From Candidatus Anstonellales archaeon (GTDB lineage: Archaea; Micrarchaeota; Micrarchaeia; Anstonellales; J096), in contig JAWAFD010000001.1 in assembly GCA_038890745.1 (NCBI GenBank), positions 64,001 to 128,000 on the forward strand: a stretch of DNA of 64,000 bases, read 5' to 3'. Within the stretch, counting starts at the first letter, position 1. Every line of letters starts with the position of its first letter. Positions 19,863 to 30,000 of the stretch are shown one piece after another. Both the position numbers and the translations under genes were made by a program. Under the pieces are notes generated by a model that saw only the letters and a list, made by a program, of their open reading frames with translations, did no database searches and had not been told where the DNA came from.

Positions 19863-21295
19863 TGCTCGAGACAACGCTTGTTTATACGAAAGACCTGGCG
19901 CCGAGAATGCCGCTCGTGCACCCACCAGAGCCAGAGCCATCCCTGCTTGTTTCTGACCCGGATAAGGGGATTTATATTGGAAAAACAAGGTTCCTTAAGG
20001 TTCCTGTATTCTGGGATTTTAGAAAACTCATAAACCCGCATATAGCAATATGCGGAATTACCGGAAGCGGAAAAAGTTATTTGGTTAAGACATTTCTAAC
20101 GAGAGCTGCGCTCATATGGAACAGCAATGCTATAATTCTGGATTGGGTTGGGGAGTATGATAGGTGGGTAAGGCAGGCTGGCGGGAAGGTAATACGGTTG
20201 GGCGAGGAGCATTTGAACCTCCTGGACCTGGGCGGGATGAGCCCATCTGAAAGAATACAGCAGATTCTATCATCGCTTGAAATTCTTGCGGATTTGAAAA
20301 GCTTCCCTGATGAGAGGAACGATATTGAAGAGGCACTGGAGTATGTTTATGAAAAAAAGAAGGAGCCGACGCTTATGGATGTTGTGAGATATTTAGAGAA
20401 CAAAAACAAAAGGGCAATGAGACTGCTGAAAAGGTATACCGTTGAAGGGTCGGATTTTTTTGCGAAGAAATCAACCCTAAAGCTTGAAAAATTACTCACC
20501 TCTGGTTTGGTTTGCATAGACCTTCACTCTCTCCCAACAGAGGAGATGAGAAGTTTGGCCGGCCTAACTATACTGCAGTTCATAAAGGAAAAAATGAGAA
20601 GGAAGGAGATGAAGGAGGAGAAGGGGATAGATTTGTTTGTTGTGCTGGATGAGGCATGGAAGATAGCGCAGGATGAGAGGAGCGATGTTATCACGATAGT
20701 GAGGGAGGGGAGGAAGTATAATTTTGCGCTCATTGTAGCGAGCCAAAACCCAAATGATGTGCATAAAACCATTTTCAGCAATGTAGGGACTATGGTTATC
20801 CTTAGGCTGGTTTTGAAGGAGTTTAGGGAGTATGTGCAGCATTCTCTTGGATATTCGGATTTTATAGATAGTGAGATTGCTAGGTTTGGGGTTGGGGATG
20901 CTGCACTTCATATGATATTTTCTGAAAGAAGGGCGGGTGCCTCAACTTTTCTTTTGAAAAAAATAGATGGGGAGGACCCGCTTTTTGTTTATGCAATAGA
21001 GGGTGGTGGAATGGCGATTGAAATGGAAAGAGAGCAGTTCATAAAACTGCTTCATGGAATGGGGCTAAGCGATGAGCAGATAACTATGGTGAGGCAGGAG
21101 TTTGAGAAAAACGATGGGAAGATGGATGGGGTTAGGCTTGTTGGGATGCTTGAAAAATTTGGGTATGCCAGAAGCGCCATTATTGCGTTCATGAGACAGT
21201 TGGGGGCTGATGAAAGAAGCATAACCCAGCTTTTCGCATTGCTGAAAAGAAGGACTGCTGAAAAAGGGGTTGTTGACCTTTACTTAGAAGAGTGA
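19862..21295 (+). CDS. VirB4/HerA-like (DUF87) ATPase
   Basis: NPHIAICGITGSGKS, ILDWVGEY, VVLDEAW, REGRKY, ASQ; extra helical C-terminal domain. Confidence 0.85.
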   Translation: MLETTLVYTKDLAPRMPLVHPPEPEPSLLVSDPDKGIYIGKTRFLKVPVFWDFRKLINPHIAICGITGSGKSYLVKTFLTRAALIWNSNAIILDWVGEYDRWVRQAGGKVIRLGEEHLNLLDLGGMSPSERIQQILSSLEILADLKSFPDERNDIEEALEYVYEKKKEPTLMDVVRYLENKNKRAMRLLKRYTVEGSDFFAKKSTLKLEKLLTSGLVCIDLHSLPTEEMRSLAGLTILQFIKEKMRRKEMKEEKGIDLFVVLDEAWKIAQDERSDVITIVREGRKYNFALIVASQNPNDVHKTIFSNVGTMVILRLVLKEFREYVQHSLGYSDFIDSEIARFGVGDAALHMIFSERRAGASTFLLKKIDGEDPLFVYAIEGGGMAIEMEREQFIKLLHGMGLSDEQITMVRQEFEKNDGKMDGVRLVGMLEKFGYARSAIIAFMRQLGADERSITQLFALLKRRTAEKGVVDLYLEE

Positions 21296-21299
21296 GAAA

Positions 21300-21998
21300 A
21301 TGGAAACGGAAAAAATAGTGATAAAGGCAAAAAGAAAGGGTGAGGAGCAGATCCTCTCCCTTCTTGGGGATTTGGGGTTCAGCAGAATTGAATATGAAGG
21401 TAAGGATATTGTTGTTGAAAAAATAGAAGCAGAGGATATGAAAGGAAAGCCGTTTCTTTTCTATAGAATAGTTTTTGCACCTGATGAGATCGTGCTAGAA
21501 TATGCCGTGCCGCCTAAATTTAACAAAAAGCAAAGGTTTTTGCAGGTATTCCCTGTTTTTTTAACTTCATTGAAGCTTGTGGAGAGGTATTATGAAATAA
21601 ATGCGATTCCGGTTTATAACAATGTAGTAGAGTTTTTGGAGGACATGCAAAAGATGATTGGAGCGGATATGATAGAGGTGCATTCAAAACTCACAGAGCT
21701 TCAGCAGAGGTATGATGAACTGAAGCATAAGTATGAGGAGCTTGTGAGGAGCAGTGAAGAAAATGCAAGGCTTCTTCTGGAATGTGAAAAGAAAAGGGTT
21801 AGCTTGGGAAAGAGGATAGAGGCGCTAGAAGGCATGAGCGAGGAGCTGTTGAAAGAAAGGATATACAAATGGCTGAAGGCACATGATGGCGAGATAGATG
21901 TGGAAGAGTTTGCAAAAATAAATGGAGTCGCACCGCAAAGGGTGGAGGAAGGGCTTGAAATGCTATTAAAAGATGAGTACATAAAGAGGAAAACATGA
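21300..21998 (+). CDS. Coiled-coil protein with possible C-terminal winged helix
   Basis: Heptad-rich middle; IYKWLKAHDGEIDVEEFAKINGV..RVEEGLEMLLKDEYI. Confidence 0.5.
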   Translation: METEKIVIKAKRKGEEQILSLLGDLGFSRIEYEGKDIVVEKIEAEDMKGKPFLFYRIVFAPDEIVLEYAVPPKFNKKQRFLQVFPVFLTSLKLVERYYEINAIPVYNNVVEFLEDMQKMIGADMIEVHSKLTELQQRYDELKHKYEELVRSSEENARLLLECEKKRVSLGKRIEALEGMSEELLKERIYKWLKAHDGEIDVEEFAKINGVAPQRVEEGLEMLLKDEYIKRKT

Positions 21999-22168
21999 GA
22001 TATAAATTTGAGATCATAGGGGCTTACCCAAAAAGAAGGTTTGCTGTTTACGAAAAGAAGGAGAGCTTTTTTGATAAAGTGAAAAGAATCTTAGGATGGA
22101 AAAAGAAGGAGAAGGAGAAAAAGAAGTCGGAAATAAAAAAAACGGAAGGTGAAGGGGAGAGGAAGTAG
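21995..22168 (+). CDS. Small basic protein (57 aa; not in ORF track)
   Basis: ATGA overlap with the upstream stop; MRYKFEIIGAYPKRRFAVYEKKESFFDKVKRILGWKKKEKE... Confidence 0.55.
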   Translation: MRYKFEIIGAYPKRRFAVYEKKESFFDKVKRILGWKKKEKEKKKSEIKKTEGEGERK

Positions 22169-22184
22169 TGTAACTATGGTTACA
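22169..22184. promoter_or_regulatory. Palindromic box, copy 1
   Basis: TGTAACTATGGTTACA, 22 bp upstream of TTTAAAAA (22207) preceding the ComF-like gene. Confidence 0.75.
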
Positions 22185-22235
22185 ATGGAGGCGAAGCTTG
22201 CTTACATTTAAAAATAAATAACGAGTAAGAATGGC

Positions 22236-22915
22236 ATGGCTGTTGATGCCATTGATGGATGGTATAGGGGGCAAAAAGGAAAAATTTCTAATGAAATAAT
22301 TCCTATTTTTTCGTTAGGCCATTATAAACGTAAAGATGAGGGTGAAGACGAACATTCAAAAGATATCAACCTTTTTTACAAATATGGGTATAAAGACCTT
22401 ATGGATAGGTTTAATAGTAGGTTCAAACAATTGTATGAGAGGCGTTTTAAATCCGATATTGACTTTGATTATGTTTGTGTTTGCCCAACAAGTAAGAAGG
22501 ATCAGTTAATAAATATATGGAAAATATGGTAAAAGAATTTGGAAAGGATACCGGAATTCCATACAAGAGAATATTGAGGAGAAAAAGGGATACAAAACAG
22601 CAGCATACTATGGAAAAGTCTGAAGATAGATATGAAAATGTCAAAGATTCGATATCAGTCGATTTTGATGTCTCTGGCAAAAATATTTTAGTTTTTGATA
22701 ATGTCTGCATTAGCGGAGCAACTTTTGATGAGGTTTTGTCAAAATTAAAAAAGGCGGGAGCTAATAAAGTAATTTTCTTTTGTCTGGGGTTGGGTTCAAA
22801 AGCAAAGGAGAGTGATTTTGATATCAACAAAAATTTTAAGCATAAAGCATCCCATATCATAGAAAACTGGCATTGGCCAAAGGTACCCAAAGCTAAAAGG
22901 ATTTCTCGCAAATAA
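22236..22915 (+). pseudogene. ComF-like phosphoribosyltransferase split by a 1-nt frameshift
   Basis: ORFs 22236-22532 and 22517-22915 join if one base is added near 22510; PRPP-loop-like ILVFDNVCISGATF..LKKAGA. Confidence 0.7.
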
Positions 22916-23594
22916 AACTACTAAGCTTAATTTTATTAACTCGTTTCAGCAAAGCTAGGATATCATCAACATCTTCAACAAACTCCGCACCGTACCTTTC
23001 TCTTGCTAACATCAAACCTTCATTCGGGTAGATGCCTTCTTTTTTAGCACATAGCAACATTTTACCTTGCTTATACGCAACTGAAATCTGATTCATAGAA
23101 CCGCCTTTTATTTTACTAGCAACTAACAAAACAGCATCGGCTAAACCGGAAGTAATCCTATTTCTAGAAGTATAAGAAAACTTTGTTCCAAAAAATTCTG
23201 GATGATGTTCGCTTAGGATCAGTCCTTGGCTTGCAATTTTTTTGAACAGCTCTGCGTTTTCTTCAGGATAGAGATGATTAAACCCAGAACCAAGAACGGC
23301 AATCGTTTTTCCTTCGGCAGAGAGACATCCCTCATGTGCTGCGGTATCTACCCCTCTTGCACCACCGCTAACTATAATATATTTCCTCTTAGCTAACTCG
23401 TATGCAATATTATAAGCGAATTCGATCGCTATTTTATTAGGATTTCTTGTCCCCACGATCGCAATCATTCTCCCTCTGTTAGCAAGAGAGATATCTCCTG
23501 AATAATACAGAACCTTAGGAGGATTCTCTATTTTCCTTAGATTATTTGGATAATTTGGGTCATTGATAGTTATAGTTTTTATTTCGAGCGTCAT
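22893..23594 (-). CDS. dprA: DNA-processing protein DprA/Smf
   Basis: YP..L..I.NPPKVLY, AIVGTR, VSGGARGVDTAAH, IAVLGSG, YPEEN, RNRITSGL; start placed at MTLEIK. Confidence 0.92.
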   Translation of the reverse strand: MTLEIKTITINDPNYPNNLRKIENPPKVLYYSGDISLANRGRMIAIVGTRNPNKIAIEFAYNIAYELAKRKYIIVSGGARGVDTAAHEGCLSAEGKTIAVLGSGFNHLYPEENAELFKKIASQGLILSEHHPEFFGTKFSYTSRNRITSGLADAVLLVASKIKGGSMNQISVAYKQGKMLLCAKKEGIYPNEGLMLARERYGAEFVEDVDDILALLKRVNKIKLSSFICEKSF

Positions 23595-23682
23595 ATTAAT
23601 AAGTCGCATTACTGATTTATAAATTTTTGTAAGCTTTAGTTCCGAAGCCAAAACTTTTTAATATTATTCGAGAAATAGGTTT

Positions 23683-24978
23683 ATGAAAGTCCTTCTTATA
23701 GGCCATGGGGCTAGGGAGCATGCGATCGCTGAGCAGATTGCAAAGAGCTCTGTTCTTTATGCATACATGGGCCACAAAAATCCTGGAATAGCAAGGCTCG
23801 CGGCGAAGTATTTTATTGGGGATATTACAAATCCTGAGATGATAGGTTTTTGGGCAACAACAGAGGGAATAGATATTGCGATAGTTGGGTCAGACCCTTC
23901 TCTGGCTGCTGGCGTAACGGATGCGCTTTTGCGGGCAGGGGTTGCTGTTGCATCACCAACAAAAGAAGCGGCGAGGATAGAGTGGAACAAAGCCTATGCG
24001 AGAGAACTCCTAAACAGGCATAAAATACCTGGCTCACCAGAACATTTTGTTGTGAGAAGCGAAGAAGAACTGAAAAAAGCGTTCAAGGAGTTTGAGGAAG
24101 TTGCTGTAAAGCCAACCGGGCTGACCGGTGGAAAGGGAGTAAAGGTGATGGGAGACCATTTTAAAAACAAAAACGAAGCGAAAAAATATGCAGAGGAGAT
24201 TTTGAAAAAAGAAAAGGAGGTTGTGATTGAGGAAAGGCTTGTTGGAGAGGAGTTTAGCTTGCAGGCTTTTGTTGATGGCTCGCGGATAAGCGCCATGCCT
24301 CCGGTTCAAGATTTTAAAAGGGCATTTGAAAACGATGAGGGACCAAATACGGGAGGCATGGGGAGCTACAGCACAGGCCAGCTCCTTCCATTTATGGAAA
24401 GAAGGGATCTGGAGGAAGCAAAGGAGATAATGGAAAAAACAGTCAAGGCAATGGCAAAAGAAGGGGTTCCGTTCAAAGGGGTTCTTTATGGAGGGTTTAT
24501 GATTACTTCGGATGGAGTAAAATTAATAGAATACAACGCAAGGTTTGGGGACCCGGAAGCGATGAATGTCCTTCCTTTGCTCAGAACAGAGTTTGTTGAA
24601 ATACTTTGGAGCATTGTTGATGGCCGGCTTAAACCTGCTGTGTTTGCTGAGAAAAACACGGTTGTGAAATACCTTGTACCAAACGGATATCCTGATAAAC
24701 CAAAAAAAGACGCTGAAATAAAAATAGATGAAAAGTGCGTGTGGGATAAAGGGGCGAAGCTTTACTTCGGTTCTGTTTATGAAAAGGATGGGAAGGTTTA
24801 CACAACAGGGTCAAGGGCGGTTGCGCTATTCAGTAAGGGAGAGAGTTTGGAGGAGGCTAGGTTTACAGCTGAGGGTGCAATCATGTGCGTAAAGGGGCCG
24901 CTTTTCTATAGAAAGGACATAGGAACAAATGAGAACATAGAAAAGAAAATAAGGAGGATGAAGGAAATAAGGGGATAG
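23683..24978 (+). CDS. purD: Phosphoribosylamine-glycine ligase
   Basis: GHGAREHA, GGKGVKV, GPNTGGMGSYS, EYNARFGDPE. Confidence 0.95.
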   Translation: MKVLLIGHGAREHAIAEQIAKSSVLYAYMGHKNPGIARLAAKYFIGDITNPEMIGFWATTEGIDIAIVGSDPSLAAGVTDALLRAGVAVASPTKEAARIEWNKAYARELLNRHKIPGSPEHFVVRSEEELKKAFKEFEEVAVKPTGLTGGKGVKVMGDHFKNKNEAKKYAEEILKKEKEVVIEERLVGEEFSLQAFVDGSRISAMPPVQDFKRAFENDEGPNTGGMGSYSTGQLLPFMERRDLEEAKEIMEKTVKAMAKEGVPFKGVLYGGFMITSDGVKLIEYNARFGDPEAMNVLPLLRTEFVEILWSIVDGRLKPAVFAEKNTVVKYLVPNGYPDKPKKDAEIKIDEKCVWDKGAKLYFGSVYEKDGKVYTTGSRAVALFSKGESLEEARFTAEGAIMCVKGPLFYRKDIGTNENIEKKIRRMKEIRG

Positions 24979-24984
24979 AAGAAA

Positions 24985-26190
24985 ATGATGAAAAAAATAT
25001 GCGCGGTTGTTTTATTTTTTATTTGCGTTTTCTCAGTTGGGGTTTGGGAGGGAACCTTTGAAAAAAGATGGGTTGTGAACACGACCCCTAACTCAGAGAA
25101 ACTGATCCTGAAAGGTGTTTTTATTGCAGACTCTCCATATCAGAATATAACGATTGTTGAAACAAGCATCGCAACGGACACGAAAAAAGAAAATGAGAAT
25201 TATTACGTAGTTTATGAAAGAGACTACCCGGAAAGAGAAAATCTTGTGTACGCAAAAGCAAGGGTTTTCTCCTGCTACGCGCCGAAGATTAAAGAGGACC
25301 CGTTGCTCACCGGCCAGCCGATTTTTTCTGAGAATGAAAAAACAATGTACAATGAATTCATAAAGGCAAAGGCGGATGGACTAAAAAAAGAAACCGTTCT
25401 CGAAACAATGGTCGCGCTGAATGATTTCGTGCACGAGTATGTAAATTACAATGAATCCGCTGCAGAAGAGAACAGCGCGATAGAGGTGTACGCAAATCCA
25501 CAGGGTGTATGTGTGGAGTACGCGCACCTTCTCATGGCCATGCTTAATGCTGTTGGGATAGAAAATAGAATGGTATATGGATATGCATACTCAAAAAAAT
25601 GGGAGCCGCATGTTTGGGTTGAGGCGTACATACCTGGGTATGGTTGGATGGATGTTGACCCAACATATGGGCAGGTTGGTTTTCTAGATGGAAGAAGGAT
25701 TGCAATGAACATAAACACAAAAAAGGAACGAATATATGATTATGTTCAGCTGAAGAATGGGGAGGTTGATTTTGAATACTCCCTTTACACAAACCCAGAA
25801 CATGAAGGGGATTTTGACCTTGTTACTATCAACATCTCGTACAACTGGCCGTACTTTATAGTTAGTGTGGAAAACAAAAACGATTTTTATGTATTTGGGG
25901 CTTACGAAATAAACTTCCCGGCAAACATAAGCGATTCTGAGAGAAAGACTATTATTTTAAGGCCGCGCGAGGCCGCTGTTTTTAAATATAGAATAAATGA
26001 GGGGGAGCTAAGCGATGGGTATGTGTATTTTGTGGATATAAAGGCAAGGTTTGTGGATGATGTAGAAGAGAAAAGGTTTGAGATAAGAAAGCCGGCTGTT
26101 GTTGTTGAAAAACACAACAAAGAAAAGGAGTGGTGGGAAATAATAATAGAGGAGATAATGAAACTATTCGGTCTCTATTCTGGGAGCTAA
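24985..26190 (+). CDS. Secreted transglutaminase-like protein
   Basis: Signal peptide; catalytic triad GVCVEYA, HVWVE, DPT. Confidence 0.85.
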   Translation: MMKKICAVVLFFICVFSVGVWEGTFEKRWVVNTTPNSEKLILKGVFIADSPYQNITIVETSIATDTKKENENYYVVYERDYPERENLVYAKARVFSCYAPKIKEDPLLTGQPIFSENEKTMYNEFIKAKADGLKKETVLETMVALNDFVHEYVNYNESAAEENSAIEVYANPQGVCVEYAHLLMAMLNAVGIENRMVYGYAYSKKWEPHVWVEAYIPGYGWMDVDPTYGQVGFLDGRRIAMNINTKKERIYDYVQLKNGEVDFEYSLYTNPEHEGDFDLVTINISYNWPYFIVSVENKNDFYVFGAYEINFPANISDSERKTIILRPREAAVFKYRINEGELSDGYVYFVDIKARFVDDVEEKRFEIRKPAVVVEKHNKEKEWWEIIIEEIMKLFGLYSGS

Positions 26191-26904
26191 ATAGTATTTT
26201 GCTAGCGCGCCCTCTACATTGTATTCTAATCTTAGAGGTCTGTCTGTTTCTAAATAAAGCGTAACAATGTCTGAGCCTTTCGCAGCTTTTAGTATATCCT
26301 CCAAATACTGAAGCGGAAAGGATGCTTTTGCCCCATTCTCAACATCCATTCCAGCAACTCCTTCATCATCCTTTTCTATATGCGATTTAAGCTCGCCGTT
26401 CTCGCTTTTTACCTCAGCATCCAATCCATCAGGGGTAAGAATAAACCTGATGTGGCTGGAAATGAGCTTTGCATCGTTTATTATCTCATTCAATGCTTCT
26501 GCTGTAAGTTTAATGCTGTTGTTGTATTCTATGGATGGTTCTTTTGAAACCCCTTCGCTCAAGTCAAGGAGAGGAATCTTGAATGTTTTTTTTCTTTTCC
26601 CATCCTCAAACGTAACAACAAGCCTATTCTCTTCTGTTTCGAGGGTAAGTTTTTCCTCTGCCTTTCCTCGCTTCAGGATTTTCTTGAAGTAGTCTATATC
26701 CAGTCCAAGCACCTCATTTTCGCTCTCGTATTCTAAAAAGATGTTTTTCGGCATGTTGAATATAACCATCGAAATCTGGCTTGGGTCCATTGCAATTAAG
26801 GAAAGCCCATCTTTCTTTGCCTTAAACTGGCCTTCGTCAACAAGGTTTCCGACCGCATCCACCGCTCTTGCAAAACCAGCCGCGCTAGAATAGCATAATC
26901 TCAT
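26164..26904 (-). CDS. pcn: DNA polymerase sliding clamp PCNA
   Basis: AMDPSQISMV, KIPLLD, YYLAPRIE; GGTGA SD before MRLCY. Confidence 0.95.
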   Translation of the reverse strand: MRLCYSSAAGFARAVDAVGNLVDEGQFKAKKDGLSLIAMDPSQISMVIFNMPKNIFLEYESENEVLGLDIDYFKKILKRGKAEEKLTLETEENRLVVTFEDGKRKKTFKIPLLDLSEGVSKEPSIEYNNSIKLTAEALNEIINDAKLISSHIRFILTPDGLDAEVKSENGELKSHIEKDDEGVAGMDVENGAKASFPLQYLEDILKAAKGSDIVTLYLETDRPLRLEYNVEGALAKYYLAPRIETE

Positions 26905-26964
26905 TTTCTCACCCTTTTTTGGAAATTGATTGAATGTTTTTAAAAAGGTTTGGATGATGGCCAA

Positions 26965-26980
26965 TGTAACTATAGTTACA
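26965..26980. promoter_or_regulatory. Palindromic box, copy 2
   Basis: Perfect palindrome TGTAACTATAGTTACA between divergent pcn and the large surface-protein gene. Confidence 0.8.
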
Positions 26981-27018
26981 ATGAATACATTTTAAAAATT
27001 CTTCTACGAATAAAATAC

Positions 27019-30000
27019 ATGAAAAAATTTCTTTTGTTTTTGCTCGTTTTGGGGTTGGCGTTTTCTTTGGAAGTTGAGTGGGAAGTTGAAAAGATACCTG
27101 ATTATGTAAGCAAACCTTGGAATGGATATTGGAGTAATGCATACTACAAAAATGGTATGTTGAGTACAGAGATGCATCCCTCTCTTGTTTCTCTAAACCT
27201 TGACACGATATCTGCATCCGACACCGACGTATTACAAAAAATAAGCTATGCAAAACAGCAGTACGCAATCGCAAACACAAAAAAACAACAATGCGAGTAT
27301 TATTTTGTTTTTAAAAACGGCGGGATAGAATTCGGCAAGGATATTTTGGCTAGAGTTTATAATACTGCAAGCAATGCGTATTACGATGCAATGAAGGAGA
27401 ATAAAAGTGACCTCACTGCATTCTCTTGCATGGTATGCATAAACCTCGGGTTGTGCAATACGCCGCAAACATTAATATTATACTCTGCTTGCGGGGTGTA
27501 TGTTGCTTTTGATATCCTGAGTTCTTATCACGCATGCGAAGAGTACGGTACTTATTGGAAGGGAACCATGACCTCTTCTGCCGAAGCATTAGAATTGAGC
27601 GCAAAAAAGGCAAACGAAAAATATGCTATTCTTAAGGAAGCGTATGAAAATCTAACATGGGCTGGGATGTGCAACGCAAACTACACATGGAGCGGGAATC
27701 AGGAATGTAATAAAGTTGCGCAGGCCTTACAGGAGGTTGAGGCTGGAAGCCTATCCTCATTGGGGGAGCATGAAGGGATTAGGAGAATGATTATTGGGTA
27801 TGATAAAGCTATGCGTAGCACAGGGCTGATAGACACCTCAAACTACTCAATAATTATGAATAAGATATGGAATGTTGCGATCCCATACGCTAAAAGTGAA
27901 ACAGAGGAATGCGCTAAGAGTATGAAAAACGCGATGGGTGAATACGAAGGAGCGAAAGCAGAAACAGAGAGCAAAAAGGCTGCCGCAAAGGAAGCGGTTG
28001 AGAAGTGTGAGGATGAAAAGCTGAAGGAGATGGAAATAACCATCCGTGGTGGGGAGATGGGAATAGGCTCAACAGAAGGAATAGCAAGGGATTGCGAATC
28101 TGCTGAGAAATACTATGCGACTGCTGAAACCCAGTGCAAACTTTCAGCAACAGCGTACGACAGTAAAGGAGAGGACTGGCTTCTCCTCGCTTTTCAGTAT
28201 GAAAAAGGATGTTATGAAAATTTTGAAAGAGCAGAAGAAATGGCAACAAATGCGCACAACACTGCAAAGGCAACCGTTATTCATCTTAGGGAAACCGCAT
28301 CTAAGGCGATTGCATCTGCGGAGGGAAAAGCAGACCCAGCCATACTCCAACAGGCAAAGAAAGAGTTTGATGCTGGTGATGCTGCATCGACATTAGGGGA
28401 GAAAGCATACCATTACAACAAGGCATGGCAACTTGCGAACGCTGCCATTGCTGTATTCGCCCCTCAAAATGTAACAAACCCACAGATGGAAGAGCAGTTC
28501 AACATTCTTAAAGCAGAGGTTGAGGGGATGCTTTCAAGGGCAGAGGCTGATGGGATAGATGTAACAACTGAAAGAAGCCTTTACGAATATTATGTTTCCC
28601 TTGGGCCAACAGAACAGGCGATGAGCGGGTTGAGAAGGATAATGGATATGATAGTGAACAAAGCAATGATTGCGTATGGGGATTTAGACTATCTCCGTAA
28701 GGAGATATACGAGCGCATAAAAGAAGCAAACGGGGCTTTTGATTATCTTCTTCCAGAACTAAACGCAATAGAGGCAGGATACATCAAGGATGGGAAGATT
28801 GATTTTGTAGCAGCTCTTGGCCATCTTGCTGTAATGAAAGAGGGCTACCTAAGTATTTTGGAGGAGATGGAGAACCAGAAGGAAGAGGCATACTCTGGAA
28901 GCATAATATGGACGTACTCAAAGGATTTTGAACCGGCACGTTTGGATGAAGAAAGCCATATCATAATGTATATATACGCTACAAACCCAAACGCATTCAA
29001 AGTTGCCGGTGGGGAGAAAGTATTCGATTTCCCATTTGAGGTAATGCAAAGCGAAGTAAGCGGCGAGCTTGTTGGGATTATCTCTGATGGCCAAACCCTT
29101 ACCCTCTACCCAAAAGACTTCGAACCATTCGAATCAAGAACATACACTGTAAGCACTTCACAGATAATTGCATCAACAACAAACCAAGAGGTTTACGCTG
29201 TTGGGTATGATGGAAAGGCGGATGTAACCGATAGCCGGCTTGTGGAGTTCTTAGGGCCAAGCCAGGGGCTTTACCTTCCAGATGAATGGGAAGGTGTAAG
29301 CATTGCCGGGCAAACCTATGACGCAAAATCAGGATTCATAAACAAAAAATTCAATGCTGATTTCTATGAAATAGAAGGAAAGTACACTATTCTGGACGCA
29401 TACGATTGGGAGGAGAAAAACCACAACAGCATTACAATAGGAACGACAACTACGCTTAGTTATGATATAGAGATAGACTCAAATATACATATGGATGAAA
29501 TGAAGTTTGCGGTTGATGGAGAGAAGGTAAGCGCATACGCAGATGGAGGCGCGTCCGTTAAAGTTGTTGGGAAGGAAATTTTTGTATACGATGTTCCTAA
29601 AGGGAGCGTAACAGTCCATGTAAAATATGAGATCAGCAATGCTAACGAGTATATAAATCAGAAGATAAAACAACTTAACAACGAAATTGATGGTGGGAAA
29701 TGCCCGGATGCATGGCAGGCTCTGAATGACGCAACCCTCGCCTTCCAGAGGGGGGATATAAACACAGCAATGGAGAAACTGAAGGAGGCTGAAGCGCTTT
29801 GGGAGAAATATTTAAGAGAAGCATCCAAGGCAGAAGGAGAGTATGAAAAGTATCTTGCTTATGTAAATGAGCAGCTTGAGCAGATAAAGAAGGCACTTGC
29901 AAGAGCAGATGAGCTTGGATTGGAAGGGGGTTTTGTGGATAGCCTTAGAGAGAGGAAAAATAGTATAGAAAATTTCTTGGCCGGGCTTGAAAATTTGGGT

